From Nitrospirales bacterium (lineage in GTDB: Bacteria; Nitrospirota; Nitrospiria; Nitrospirales; UBA8639): 64,000 nt of DNA. Position 1 is the stretch's first letter. Each line of letters begins with the position of its first letter. The stretch is from assembly GCA_965203295.1 (NCBI GenBank), contig CBDBCZ010000014.1, positions 832,001 through 896,000 on the forward strand, read 5' to 3'. This document shows positions 27,024-41,900 of the stretch, one piece after another. The notes under the pieces were generated by a model, which worked only from the letters and a program-made list of their open reading frames with translations, did not search any database and was not told where the DNA came from. The translations under genes were made by a program, and so were the position numbers.

Positions 27024-30000
27024 GTACATGTATAAGTTTAGCATGCACATTTTTGCTGTTTTCACTCACACCTTAACAGTCACCACTACGTCTTGATATC
27101 AAATATGTGACTATTTTTGGTATGCCTGCTGGTAATATTAAATCAGTTTTCAATTTTTAAGTGGGTGAGACTTCCAGTATGGAATATGACTTGTCATTCT
27201 GTTAATTGTGATGAACCTCACACAAGTATCATCAATGAGATAGCACAGGCTATAGAGGAAAGCCAATAAAGTCCAAGTACTAATACACAAGTTAGGCATA
27301 ATAAAGAGCAAAACCTACAAGTAGTTGTGCTCTCTTCTCTTGCACAACTACCTGGGCTACATGTAGTTGAACTTGCTCGCTTCGCTTGCTCTATACAGAT
27401 AGAAATGAAGTGCAGTAGAAATGGAGTTTGTGGTCGGCAAGGCCTACTCTGAATATTCTGTTCAAAACTCACTGAAAATTGCCCTATTACTACTGCATTA
27501 TTCTTGATGCTTCTTCGTGCCTATTGTTATAGATGGATAGATAGATAGATATCCAGGAATGTCCCATCAGCTTAAGCTGGTCTGCGTGGGCGTCCTGAAC
27601 AAACAGTAACTATAATACATCAACAAACACATCAACGTAAATCACAAGACTGAGTAGGGAGTTCATCCGATGCCATTCTGACCCTGGTTCTAGACCGGGA
27701 GGGTATTGGTGACCACAATAATCTTGGCCTAAGCCTATAGTGGAACTCTATAATAAGCAGTCACCCTTCAACCATGGCTGTGATAGAAGAGGTGGTTGTG
27801 TTTACTGTATTATGAGGTCCATTGTGCATTACCAATATGTAGGTTGGGCCACATAATATTCCAGTGGCCATTATTGGGAGGTGGCTGCCACATAGAGTGA
27901 ACCTATTACAAACACAATGGAACATACAATGAATTAATTTAAGTACGCACACTCACGTAGTATCAGAATGTCTAGATGTACATGTATTAAACAGGCAGAT
28001 GAAGTGATCGATATGTAGTGCAGTCATTCTGACTTTGGAACACAAAAAAGTAATTCAGTTCTGCCAAAAGTTTCTTACATTCTGCGATATAGTTCTCCGG
28101 CTGTGAGAGGGCAACAGCTCTCAGCTGGATCCTGTGAAGGGCCAGGATGTGGTACTCCACAGTAGCCCCAAGCCTGACCATGTGCGACTTCTGCCCTGCA
28201 TGGGGAAACCAAAAGAAATTTGCAGCTGTTCTTGATCTCCATTCATTCAGAGCCTCTTAGCCCAGAATCAAAGGTCAAAACTGCCGTACACTGGCTTGGT
28301 GTACAACAGGCAGTCCCAGCGGATGTGGTGGACTATTGTGAAATAATTTAACATGATTGAACACGTCTATAAATAGGAGGAGGGTCTATGCTCACCTACA
28401 CCTCTGGTTGGGATGGGATCGGCGTTTGCAGCTAAATAGACACGGGACTTGCTCTCATCATGAACCTCAGATCAAGTGGACACTTGTACTCTCTGAAACA
28501 GACTGTCCACTTTTCGCAGAAACCTATCTCCCTGCTCAGGAGATTGGCGGGTTCCTCCTGGGTGTGATGAGCTTATGAATGAATGGTTTCCAGCTGTGAG
28601 TGGACTTCTGCAGCAGATATAATTGAGGACAAATACAACTGAGTGTAATCATGAACAGGGTTCTACTATTACAGCCACAAAAGAATATAATTATAGCAGC
28701 AAGGAGGGAATTTTGAAAAGAGAAAGAACTGTGAGATTAAGGGAACATGGAATGAGTAAGGTTGCAGTTTTTGAAGGTGAGAGTTGCATGTGCTCAAGTG
28801 GGTTTCTGCAGAAATATTTTATTCCCTCAGCTAAATATCAAACAGCAACTGGTATATTGAAAAGACAAAAAATGCTTAATAAAAGTTACTTTTCAAAAGC
28901 AAAAAAAAAAAAAAGAAATTAGCAAAAACAAACTTGGCGTTCATTTTTAGTGAGCGTTTTTTTTTTAAAAAACGAAACTTTTTTTAAAAAAAAGAGAAAA
29001 AGTTTCACCCAAAGGGCCAGGATGTGGAAGCTCAAGCGGCTAACGAACAAGAACTGACCCCGATGGATCCACTCCGCAGCGTGTACAGGTTTATACTGGA
29101 ATTAAGGGAGGTAGGGGGCGGTCCCTAAGCCATAATGCCCCAAACCTCAGTGCACGAGCCGAGATTCGAACTCGCGATCACTGTCTCCAGATACTGCGCC
29201 ACTGCTCCCAGCACCACGGGGGGTGTTGGTGACAGTAGATGAACATTTCTCTCTTTTATATCAGTACTATTCCTATAGACATTCGGAAGAGAAAAAAAGG
29301 AAAATTAAAGTTCCCGGGCGGATTCGAACCCGCGACCTTTTCATTGAGAGGCGAAACGATTGCCGCTAAGCCACGCCTGCTCCTGGAAATTTGATTGAAA
29401 ATTTTCCCGTTAAATAAGGGGTATGGCAATAGACGCAAACAGGTCGAAGTTTCATATCATTGCTAGGTCTTTAAGTATTAGTTAGACCAAGCAACAAGGT
29501 TACTACAATGTTTTGAGCACCCGAGGGACTAATTGGCTGAAGCACAACCTACTTATTGACCGAGGCGGAGCTGTCGCTGACGCGAATGTTGAGAAATTGC
29601 TAGCTGACGCTGAAAGCTCGTTTTGCACTACTGCTGTAAGCCAAGTTGGCATAGTAACATACTAACATCCACATCTGCTAGTACCTATGGTTCGCCAAAG
29701 TCTGAGAAAGCTGTGAATTAGGGTGCCGTTTGTGTCAAAATCAATTTTTTGAGATACTTTGACTAGAGAATATATGGTATTTACTAAATACCCATGGTTA
29801 CTTAGTAAATACCCACAGTTACTTAGTAAATACCCAGGGTTATTACCTGGCATTTGCTAAATACCCATGGTCATTTACTAAATACGTAATTGCTAAATAC
29901 CATGATCATTTACCATGATCATTTACCCTGTAGGGCTGGGAACGAGACTAATCAGATGAGCAACACTGGAAATGCTCTCCCGAGATCGACTGTGTGACGG

Positions 30001-31001
30001 ATTCTGACGGGTACATGTACTCATCATAGCGATGGCCTTATGGACAACTAATTCGCTGCCTATAGCCCGTACCCATACCCCAGACGTAAAAGTCGTGGAA
30101 CGAGAGCACGATGATCTGGAATCAGGATTCAGATTCAGAATAGACTATTATCTATGCTCTGAGTTTCTAAAACCTTGTAGTGACGAGCTCGCATCCGGTC
30201 TCTAACCTATACTTAATTGTGAAACAGGTTTGCATGTAGTGTGTTGTGCCAAAGTTGCACTACAGTACAGCTTTGTCTCGAAGGTCATTTACTGACTGTC
30301 AGTGCTCACATTGTGGTATTTTAGTCAAACTATCTACATATGTGTATTACAATAAGTAACATATTTGCCTGGACTGTGCACTTACATATATTAGCAACGT
30401 ATGTAGAGCGCTTTTATGCAGTGGATCCCTTTTTATTGGTATTGCCACAAATCATATACAAGTGAACCTACCAGTCTCTACTCCCCACCTAGCTTTTTTG
30501 CACAGAAACAGCTGAGTGGGGAGTAGAGACTGGGTACAAAGTTAAAGTGGTGTCCCACCCAATTGGACGTTTAATCTCAAAAAATGGTAGGGACTATGAA
30601 GGTAAAAATGCAACCCAGTAATTTTCTCAATGAGTTCTCTTCAATGAACACCTTTTTGAAACATACAGGGTAAATTTAACTTTCCAACTTTTTTCCTTGA
30701 CCCCCCTCAGGAAGTACTAAATGTCATTGCATAGCACTCGTGGTTTTAGAGACTTTGGTGAAACTTTCAGGTGCATAGGGGGTAGACAAGCCGAGATATT
30801 GATGTCCCAAATTCATAAACAATAATGAAAAATTGACATTGATATCTTGGCTTGTGTACAGAAATAAATGTTCAAAATAATATTATCTTTGGGTGGAACA
30901 TCACCTTAAGTGAACCCCACACCAGTCTTATTTATTAATGTGGCAGCTAGTGGCAGTGTGTCCAACTGTGTGCATTTTGTGGTGTAAAGGGTGACTACAT
31001 A

Positions 31002-31489
<488 letters not shown>

Positions 31490-31498
31490 GTGTGTGTG

Positions 31499-31633
<135 letters not shown>

Positions 31634-32391
31634 ACATGCATGGAAGGAACAGCATTAAGTTGTATCCAAATACAAACAGGATAAGTGAAAACTGGATGAG
31701 TGACTAGTAACCATGAAATACTGGATACGGCAAAATAGTATTAGTTATATGTATACATGTCAGTTGTATGGGTTAGCCAAGACCTACGGATAATATTGCC
31801 ATTATACGTATTGTTCAAGACTTTCCCAGTGTCTTGGATTAGTAAACATAAGTGCCTATATACGTAAGTACTGCATAATTATGGAAATGGATGACATTGC
31901 CTGTGGAAGCGCTCACTTTTTTGGCAGTTAATTCATTATTAGTCCAAGACATGAGCTTGTGAAGCTTGAAAGTGGAAATCATGTGGATTCATTGGAAACA
32001 ATTTGGTAATCACCAGTAGAATCCCAGAAGAATTACTGGTCATTCTACATGTACTTGTCATTTATCCACAGACATATAAGTGACATACAAGGAACACTGA
32101 ATTAGCTGCACAAAATATCACTCAACTGTGTACATAGAAATCAAGGCCCAAACTCATGAAGTATGCATGGCACCTAAAGTACTGTAAGGGTAGGCGTATA
32201 TCATAGTCAGGGTGAACACACGGCAAATTGGCTGGCCCATACAAGTATGAGTTTCCATGATATAGATTCATTTCAGAATGATTCTTATATACAAAAATTG
32301 AAAGTAATACACAAAGTGGAAACAACATCAAAGTAGTTAAGCAATGCATATAAAATATTGTGTAAATGACAAAGTGGCCGACTAAGGTAAT

Positions 32392-34255
32392 TTAGTCAAG
32401 TTTCATGACTACATGAGCCATTTGTGACATTGTGCTGCCACCATCATTGGACACTTTGCATGTGTATAGACCTTCGTCCTCATCGGTGAAGCAGTGGATA
32501 GTGTAGGTTGACTGGACCTCTTTGTTTAGAGAGAGTCCATTGAAGTACCACAGGTAACTGAGTTCTCCAGACCCAGTGGCTACACAGCTCAGAGTTAGGG
32601 GGTCCCCGAGTTCAATCTCTTGTGGCTGGGGGTGCACTGAGATCACTGGTTTATCTGTCACTACTGGTGCTGTGAGTGGGAGGGAGAGAAATCAATAAGT
32701 TGGATGATAGTTTAATTCTGGTAACATGTACACCGTAATGACTTATTTACATCTGCAGCACAATAATTACCAAGCGAGATAACTCGTACCCAGGCCTCCC
32801 GGCGGGAGGCCTGGGTACGAGAGGAGAGAAGCAAAGCAACCATTCGTGTTGTATAGACTCCATGTGTGCAGGTTGATGTGTAGTAACACTACAGGAATGT
32901 AATTACAGCCTGCCAGAGGACAAAGAGACTATTTAAGAGAGCATACTGTAGACTCGGGTTATTAAGCGCATGCGCTTATGAGTCAGAGCAGCAAGGAAAT
33001 ATGCGCTTAACAAAAAGTGTGCGCTTATAAATAGCGATTTCTAGCACCGCCCATTAGTCCCACCCACCTTTCGCAACTCGTTCTATGGCTAGCTAGCTAT
33101 CATGGCAAGGGGGGAAGATGCGATGCTGATTCACGAAAGCATCATTCAAGGGCACCACGTGTACAAAATCGTCTTGGTGTTCAACGATTGGACGTCTGGT
33201 ACAAATTATTGTCATGATAGTGGTTGACAACAGTCAGCTTGAACTCTCTTGCATAGCTTTTCCTCTTAGCCTTTCCCGATCTGTTCGAGAGAAGGATAGA
33301 AGCACCAGCAGCCGTAGCCATCATGAGAATCTCCAGTGAAACACTCGGTAATACTTAGCACGTTGCAATCTCGATCTCGTGCTGAGAGAGCCCAAAGTTT
33401 AAAGTTTAATCGGGCGCATGCATGCGCTTAGTAGCGAGTAGCAAAAATCAGGAAGGAAGTATGCGCTTATAAAAAGTTGTGCGCTTATAAAAAAAGGTGC
33501 GCTAACCCGAGTCTACGGTACAGTAGAGTTGAGAGCATGTACTGCAGTGGAGTTGCCTGCAGAGAGGCAGCAGTGATTTACAGAGGCAACATATGTAGCA
33601 ACCTAGAAGTAGTGGTAGCGATCTATGGGGGTTCACCGGCAGTGAGTAAGGCTGATTCGGCAGCATCAGACACTGATGGCCGCCATTCTCAAATAACTAC
33701 ATGCACTCCCCCATTTTAATTGGAAAGGAAGTGTGTGTGTATGCAAGTGTTGACTCTTCTAGATCTACATGTATAGGTATTGCTTCCCATGAGGCTTCCA
33801 CATGGAATACCATAATAGCTTACATGATGCTGACGCCTGAGTGGTAGAAGCATTTGCTGACGTAGGTGGAGCAGATGATGGCACCGGCTGTCCACAAGGC
33901 TCATCCTCTCGTTCTCCTCGACCCCGGTAGCCCATTCTTCCATACTGACCCCAGTGGTCTGGGGCACGTACCAGGGGACCCTGGCCATTGCTAATGGAGA
34001 CTCTAGCAACTTGGGAATCCGTTGAGCCAGCACAATTAGTGACCCTACAGTAGTAGTCACCTCCATCGCTGTCAATGACTGAGTGGATAAGCAGCTCACG
34101 ACTCTCACGGCCATTAATCAGCTCATTGCTTCGGTACCATTGGAATTTTGTTGAAGAGTCAGGGTTCTCGACATCAACGAAGAGGCGAAGTGGTTGTCCA
34201 TACACTACTGTAGAGCTGTAAGGCTGGACTGATATTCTGGGCTTGGAAATATGCT
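32392..34255 (-). CDS. 3' part of a tandem Ig-domain gene, copy 2 (open frame); exons 34255-33824 and 32669-32392; 5' exons not located
   Basis: Reads HISKPRISVQPYSSTVVYGQPLRLFV...YYCRVTN, then a Pro/Ser linker, a GTAAGC donor and a second Ig domain ending in TAA. No TM segment. Confidence 0.8.
32946..33518. mobile_element. Same pogo-type deletion derivative, copy 2
   Basis: Same TIRs, TA flanks and internal ORF remnants as 4115-4687. Confidence 0.8.
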
Positions 34256-35456
34256 CTATGGATAGAGAAAAAAGGACACTTTATGGGTGGGATGTGTGGT
34301 ACAATTTCAAAGTATGTGAATAATTCTAACAGAAGCTACCTTTCGTGGTTTTGTGAAGATGAAGCAACAAGATTGCTAGCCTCATTCCCAGGCTACAAAA
34401 GGAGTGGCCTGGTAGACACTGTTTACATGTAACATAATGTACATGTAAAATTGCACACAAATGACAAGCACAGATGCATAGGCGAACCAACCAGGTAACC
34501 TTGCTCAACTTTCAGCCAAACAGAAACAGCAAGACTTCATCGATTTAACAAATTCACTTGGTAGCTTAGCATGAGTGTATTCTTCCATGCATGCGAACTG
34601 GTAAGTATACGGTAACAAATGAAATAACGAGCATATAGGGTACATGTAGCTGTGTTACGCTTGAATCACTGCACTTCAGGGAGGTTGGAACTCTTAACTC
34701 TCAAGTTCAGAGAAGCACACACATAGCTACAGTACCATAAAGCTAAATTTCAAGTAATTGTTCATCAGAAAAGAATGCAGGACATTCTTATCAGTACTTT
34801 TAGCATAGATAAATAATTGGCTGTAGATAAACACAAAATTGTCAGACTTTAGTACACTCTACCTACGTACAGAGCTGCTAGTTTCTTCAAATGTGGGCTT
34901 GAAGGGGAGGGTGCCTTTTCTGGCATAGAAATTAATTTTGTCAGAAGATGCAGCAGCAATTTAATATTAAACTCATGCAGAATGTGAAATACGTACCAAT
35001 AGCTGTAGTCCAAATGCTAAATGCTCAGACATTTGCCTCATCTGTACATGCACTGTGTTTCCTGGAACAATGCATGTAGAAGGAGTGTTGGAGCCTACAT
35101 GATTACCAAATTCCTCCAAATTAGTTTGTTTCTGTTACTTACACATTTTATGTCACCCAGGCAGCATGAAACAGGATTAGTTCTCTGTAGGTATAGTGCA
35201 TGAAGGTTTGCAACCATTCAGTCATGACATGTAGACTGCTTTCACTTACGTAATTGTTTTTAGACCACTCCTGGGCCGTACTTACTACACTTCTCTAAGG
35301 TGTCCACTAGTAGGACACAACTGTGGCTTTGACGCAATCTGTTGTGATGTAACAGTACAACTTCAGCTGTGTATTTTCAGACTCGGCATAATGCAGTAGC
35401 ACTATTCTTCAAGATACATGGCTGGTTTCTATATACATGAACTTTACTCCATGCAG

Positions 35457-35958
35457 ACATTGATGAATGCGAAAGAGACACAGATAACTGCAGCGTAAAT
35501 GTAAACTGCTCAGACACTGAAAGAAGCTTCAACTGTACATGTGTCACTGGGTATGAAGGGGATAGAGTGAATTGCACAAGTAAACCCAATTTCAGTTAGA
35601 GCTTTTACTAAATATCAACAATTTATCCCACAATTCCAGTGTATATTGCCTGAAACCATTGTCACATTTGCACTTACTGAGTTCAGTATGAAATTACTGT
35701 AGTCGTTTCTTTTCTATGCAGATATCAATGAATGTGATAGGGGCTCTCATGACTGATGCTAAAGCAGACTGCACTGACACCAATGGGAGCTACTTATGCA
35801 CCTGCAGAGTAGGATTCAGTGGCAACGGCAACACATGCAGTAAGAAGTTCTAGTGTATTCATTGATCAAGTGCATCCATTGCATTTTCTCCCTCATGATC
35901 AATAGGTTGTACTGATGGTCAGCTGATGTTAGCAAATGGCTCCAGCTCCACAGAAGGC
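35457..35958 (+). pseudogene. cbEGF-cbEGF-SRCR gene fragment, copy 2
   Basis: Same exons and same frameshift as 6640-7141. Confidence 0.85.
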
Positions 35959-38900
35959 CATCGCTGCTCACGCTAACTCTAAATTCGTATGGGCAGAGAA
36001 CGCAAGCACTATATAGGCTTAATTTTTTTCAACTGCCTGAAATACATTAATGTCTTGCAAGGCATTGGACCAGCAGAGATCTAGCTTCTCCTGCATGGAC
36101 TCCTCTTTCTCTCCTCTCTCCACTGTTAACAAATTTACATATACCCTTTGTGCTAATAGTCATAGTAATTTAATTGGTAAACATTTATACAAATCTAGAT
36201 TGCAACTTTAACTCTATCATCATTGTAGCTACTTTCACTCTTCCAGTTTTCTATGTTATTTTATTTATTGATTTGTGACTCCTAGTTTTAGGCCGGGCAT
36301 TCTTGTGTATGCGTGTCACGAAAATAAAATATTCTATTCTATAGTCATCAAACAGTACCTCCATAGGCTCAAGCAGATTGCAGTTTTATTAAACTATATT
36401 ATGCTATAGTCTTACAGTGCGTACTTCTAATTGTGCTCAACAAACTGTCGAACCAGCATTAAGTATATACAAGCACGCAACAGCATACGGCATGCGCAGT
36501 TGCGCACATACAATAGTGTCTGCATCAAGGGTAGAATGCACAGCTGGGGATTGAACCCATGAACCTTTTCAAAAACACAATGAGCTACTAGAACCCATGA
36601 GTAGTACCCAGCTTTACACTAGCCTTGTGCCCAGGCTCTTGCGGTGCCTGGGTGCTAGGCTATATCTAAACCTGCTTGTATCACACATACAAACGGGACT
36701 GCCAGTAAAGTGTACAGCTTACCCATAGTATACATTGGCAGACAGAGTACACATTTTCCATCCGCCTAGTTATTCTGCATTAGCGCTTCAACAGATTGGC
36801 CATGGTTATAACACTCAGTGAAATTAGTTTTATTGGCTTTGGCTTCACCTGAGCAGCCAATAAATCGCTTATCATTAATCGCTTTCACCTTGTGCTTAAA
36901 CACACCTGCCAGTAGGAACTAGCCAACTTTCTTGCTATTATGCTCATAATCATGCTCAGAATCGCCTTTCTTGCTATTATGCTCATCAAGTATCAGCAAA
37001 GACACATCAAGTTGGAGCATAGTTGCAGGGAAGTTAGAACATCAGAGCATAGCATATCAATGATTTTGAGCATAATCTCCACAAGCCTTAGCTGTATACA
37101 GCACTACATGTAGCAGTCCCTCTGACATGTATGTATGGCTGCCACAGTACAATACAGGCCTGCTAGAATAGCAAACCCTCCAAAATTTTGTGAAAACAGG
37201 AAGGGTGGCAAGGTAGAGCACAGCTAGATAGGGCTCTGGCTCTTATATACTGAGAGGTTGCTTAAAGCACTTGTGGGTTTACAAGGCTACAATAATTGTT
37301 CATGAATATAATCATGCAAGTATAATCGCTTTTAGCTCTCTGCTCTAATGTTTTGTCTGTCCAGGAGTGGGCTAATATTCAGTAATACTCAGGGGTGGGC
37401 TTACGTATATTCAGCAGTGGGCTTATACTCAGGAGTGGGCTTATACTCAGGAGTGAGCTTATACTCAGGGATGTGCTAATACTCAGGGGTGGGCTTATAA
37501 TCAAGAGTGGGCTTATACTCAGTGTGGGCTCATACTCAAGGGTGGACTTAATTATATGCTCTGGGTGGGTTAAAACAGGGAGAACAATGCCCTTTGGTGT
37601 TCTTAAAACATTGATATGGTACCAATTGCCATCAGAGGAACTTACATCAGAGGAACTTAGGCATGTACGTATGTGTAGCTAGAACTATACCTAATCACCT
37701 GGGAAGTACTGCAGTGCAGCGTGGCCTGTTATCTAGTCAGCTTCAGGACAGGATCATGTATCTTGCTTCTGTTGTGTAAAGACAGACAGCCATCACCTGT
37801 ATACGACAAGGCGGTTGTAGAGATGACATCAAAGTACATCCAGTGCATTCTAGTTGAAAACCTAACAATTAGTGAACAAAAAGTGACATTCAGAGAAGAA
37901 AAAAACAAATGTTACTTACGTACGTACATCACTTCGCACAGCTTGAACCCAGCATGCATACATTCTGAACATGGACCAGTGCATGCAGTATCTTGTCCTA
38001 CGGGGAAAAATGTGGATATTCATGTGACAAGACAGAAATTGTCAATTTGTGCAATCATAACTCATGCAAGATTAGTCATAATGTAAGAAATAAGGGGGGG
38101 GGGGGTCCTCACTACATAAAAACTTCATTCCTCCTGCCAAGTGAAGGTGTCACACCACTTAGCTGCTGGCTGCAAAAAGATCAGGTGGCTCTACATACAA
38201 GCCCATTCAGTCCCAATATGCATACAGCCAATATAGCTCAGAGGTGCAGTGTAATATGTAGCAGCATCTCTACCTTGTCCTGCCACATGTGACGTTAGTA
38301 GTACACACTAGATCCAAATGCATCTCTTACTACATGTGTATCCATGCAACAATGCTACGTATCCTAGAAAGAGCAAATATGACATGAATACCACTTGGGT
38401 ATTCTTAACAGTGTTTCATACAAAGGGAGGGGGGGCGCAGTTGGATCTCCTCTCTCCCCTTCCCTTCAGAATTTTAAAATTATGATGTCATATTTACTAA
38501 TGACACTGATTTTGAATTAAGTGCTGCATAGTTAGCTAGCAGCCAAAAGCCACCAGAATAAAAAATTTTCGGGGGGCATGCCCCCAGACCCCCTAGAAGG
38601 GTGTGGTTTGCACATACCTAGGTAGGTAGCCTGTTTCACAAGGTGTACACGTAAGTGAAGGTTAGCTTCTAATGAGTGATTATTGCATACATTGACTATC
38701 CCTAAGCATTCAGTCTCCATCCTACAGCAAAAAGTCTTGTATGAAACTCTGCTTAAGAGCGACAATATGGCCAAGCTTAAAGATACACTGCCAAGTATAA
38801 TGATAAAATTCAGCACAAGTAAAAAATGGTACAGCTAGTGCCCCAGAGCAAAAGGAAGTACTCATGTTGTTGCCATAGTACTTGCGCCATTGACCACATG

Positions 38901-41900
38901 CACCACCATACGCAGTTGTATGATCTCCAGTCAGAGGACAAGAGCAAGAGCAAACAGACGATTCACCGTCCTGATCACCATATAACTTATTCTTCCAAGT
39001 ATCCCAAATTAAAACTCTTAACTAGTTTTTTTAATAAAGCCTTAAAATCATAACTGTCCCAATTTTCCACCCTAACCTGTTAATTCTCTTAATTATTGAG
39101 TGCACTATACTTTTCAAAACTGCCCCACAACTGTCTAATATTTCCATGAAAGTATTTCTTATTGCAGCATACACAGGACACTCCCAGAGCACATGTACTA
39201 CACTCTCAAATTCATCCCCACATAACTTACACACTGCCTGTCATTTTTACCCCCATGTCTCCCTAACTCTTCATTCAGACCTAAACTTAAACAGCAATCG
39301 TGTTCCTGGATCCACTGAGAGTAATTCTTGAATTTTATTTCCTTACAAAAAGACTTGGACAGACTCAGTTTATTTAAGCCAACTCTAAAGTCTTTATATT
39401 CGCTCTCTATATCTCAACTCTTCATCTACTCTCTCTAAGAACAAATTTACACTGTTATTATTTCCTGTCTGTCTTGATTTCAACGTAGCAACAATTCACT
39501 GATTAGTTTCCTCCAAGTCTTCCTCTGCCTACCCCTACACAGATTCACTCCCCACTCAAGAGTCTAGTAATAATCTAGGATATCTCTCATCAACCAAATA
39601 TTATTATTGACACCACTTAAGTTTGCACTATTCCCTCCTGCCTTTTAAAGACTCTAACTTCATATCCCCTCTTACTGCTTCATTGCACGTTTTAGAAGAG
39701 CAGCCAAGAATCTTTTCAGCTGATTAGATTCCAAGGAAGCTGTCTGTCGCTTATTACAGGCCTACACTTCATGACCATCCCATGAACCATTATTAGCAAA
39801 TTCAATGCCCAAGTAACAGTAACTTGCAACCCTTGGAATGTCTGCATTCATTACAAAAGCCCTGTACTACATTAATATTAATGTCTGTAAGTCCTCGGCA
39901 TTTAGTAGTTAAACCTACAAAATCAGCAGCAAACTTTAGACCCCCAACCTTAACATCCTTCTCCTTAATGCCAATCCCAGCCTTCTCAACCTCATTTAAC
40001 AACTGATTGATGAAAATGAAAAGAGAACTAGGCAAAATACTACAACCCTGTGCCACCCCTTGACCTATATTGAATGGTTTGGATTTTTCTCCCTCCAGTA
40101 AAACAGCACTCATAAGAACCTTGCATACAAAAGGAAAGTTCTCTGAATACGGGAAAGTGAAGTTAACGTTTAACTTAACTTTTGCCATGGGGAAGACTAG
40201 AGCATCTGAGTAGTTGAAATATTGGCGGAATTTCGAAAGTTGGTACTCAGAGAATTTTCCTTTCTTAAGAGAGTAGATTTTAAAATAACGTTTACTTACA
40301 TATTTTGCACTATCTCATAGGGAGTTTAGCTCTCAAAGTGGTATACATGTTCCCACAGCATGAAAGTCCCAGGCAAAACACTTACAGCCATATAATTGTA
40401 TTGTTGTGAAAAATACGTACAATTTAATTGGCTGAAAAGAGGAAAATTAGACCTCCTTTTTGTAGCTGAACACAGTAAACCTGATGTACCATGTTTGACT
40501 CAGCTTGGAAGAACAGACTCCAAGTGGCAAAAAGATTGTCAGAAAATGTTTAGAAATGTTTTATCCGCAACTTGAGAGATTTTTTGAAAATAATAACACC
40601 TACATGTACATGTACGCTGAACAGTTGGTTGTGAAAATTGAAGTCGCCTATAAATTATTGTTAACTTTTGCCATAACGATATTCCATCACTCTAAATGCA
40701 ACAATGACAAAATCGAAATACGATACATTTCATTATGTGATGTTAACTATGTAACCTGAAATTTTCACCACCGACTGTTCAATAATATTATAGGTACTAC
40801 TACATGATCTGCACCTTATAGTCTGATGTTTTGTCTGTAATTTTGATCCACTTGGAGTCTGCTCTTCAAAGGTGGGTCAAACATGGTACATCTGGTTTAC
40901 TGTGTTCACCTACAGAAAGGAGGACTAACTCCCAACGCTTCTCTTTTCAGCCGATTACCAATTTCAACAACTGGGTTGTAAATTCCTGTGGTTTACCTAT
41001 CTAATTAAGACATTTGTGTGGGTAGATTTACTTATACCACTTTTAATAGAGAGATCAACTCCAAACCCTGTAGAAAATATATGGAACAGCGTATGTACAT
41101 ACGTATCTACTCTTGCTCTGGAGCATGCAGAAGGGGTGAAACTTACATCACTGTGATCTATAGAGGAGAGTAGGATCTTCCACTTTGGTGAAAACATGGC
41201 TGTTGAAGACATTCATGACCTTCCCAATACCAAGGCCTTGGACTAGAGAGCTAACAATTAGGGTTCAGGTCATCGCGTGCCACTCCAGTGAAGTACAAGC
41301 CTCAGCATAACAACATTGCTCATATCACTCTCCAAATGCAACAGTGCACAAGCAAAGCACATCACAACTACATGTACATCACAGCTATATGCCTATATGC
41401 ATATTAAGTACATGTACATAAATCTTGAAGACATTCAGAGTACAAGCCACCCTACAAAATGTCTGTCTTGCTCATGGCATGTCACAAGCAAGGTAACACT
41501 TGACAGAGTTCCAGTTTAGATAAAATGATCAGGGAGCTAAATCCAAAAGCTCAAAGCGGAGCGCCTGTATATGAGTATAGATCCAGAGTAGGTTACACTG
41601 TTCCTGCACTAGAATTAGGCTAGCTAAACTGCTGCTGCGTTCAAAAATTAAATGACACACCACAGCTAATCACATGACAGCAAGCTACTGTACCACCAGA
41701 GTTCATGCAAATACAACTGCGGCTACCAATATCAATGCCTTGAGCTTTAGTTTCTGCTATTCTGTTAGTAGCACATCGTCTACTAATGTACTATCTATGC
41801 CTTACCCCAACATAGCTGCACAGCCTTGTCTCAGCTGCTCAGTGCACACTCATTCACTGACTATAGTACTCTACACTCCTCGACCTTCAGCCACTCCACT

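Noticed and set aside
27160..27270. TSIINEIAQAIEESQ resembling a TIR-domain helix downstream of the TM exon
   Set aside because: Very short, followed by a stop, and splice phase not consistent.
27987..28620. Minus-strand exon-like decayed coding sequence
   Set aside because: Several stops and frameshifts; product unidentifiable.
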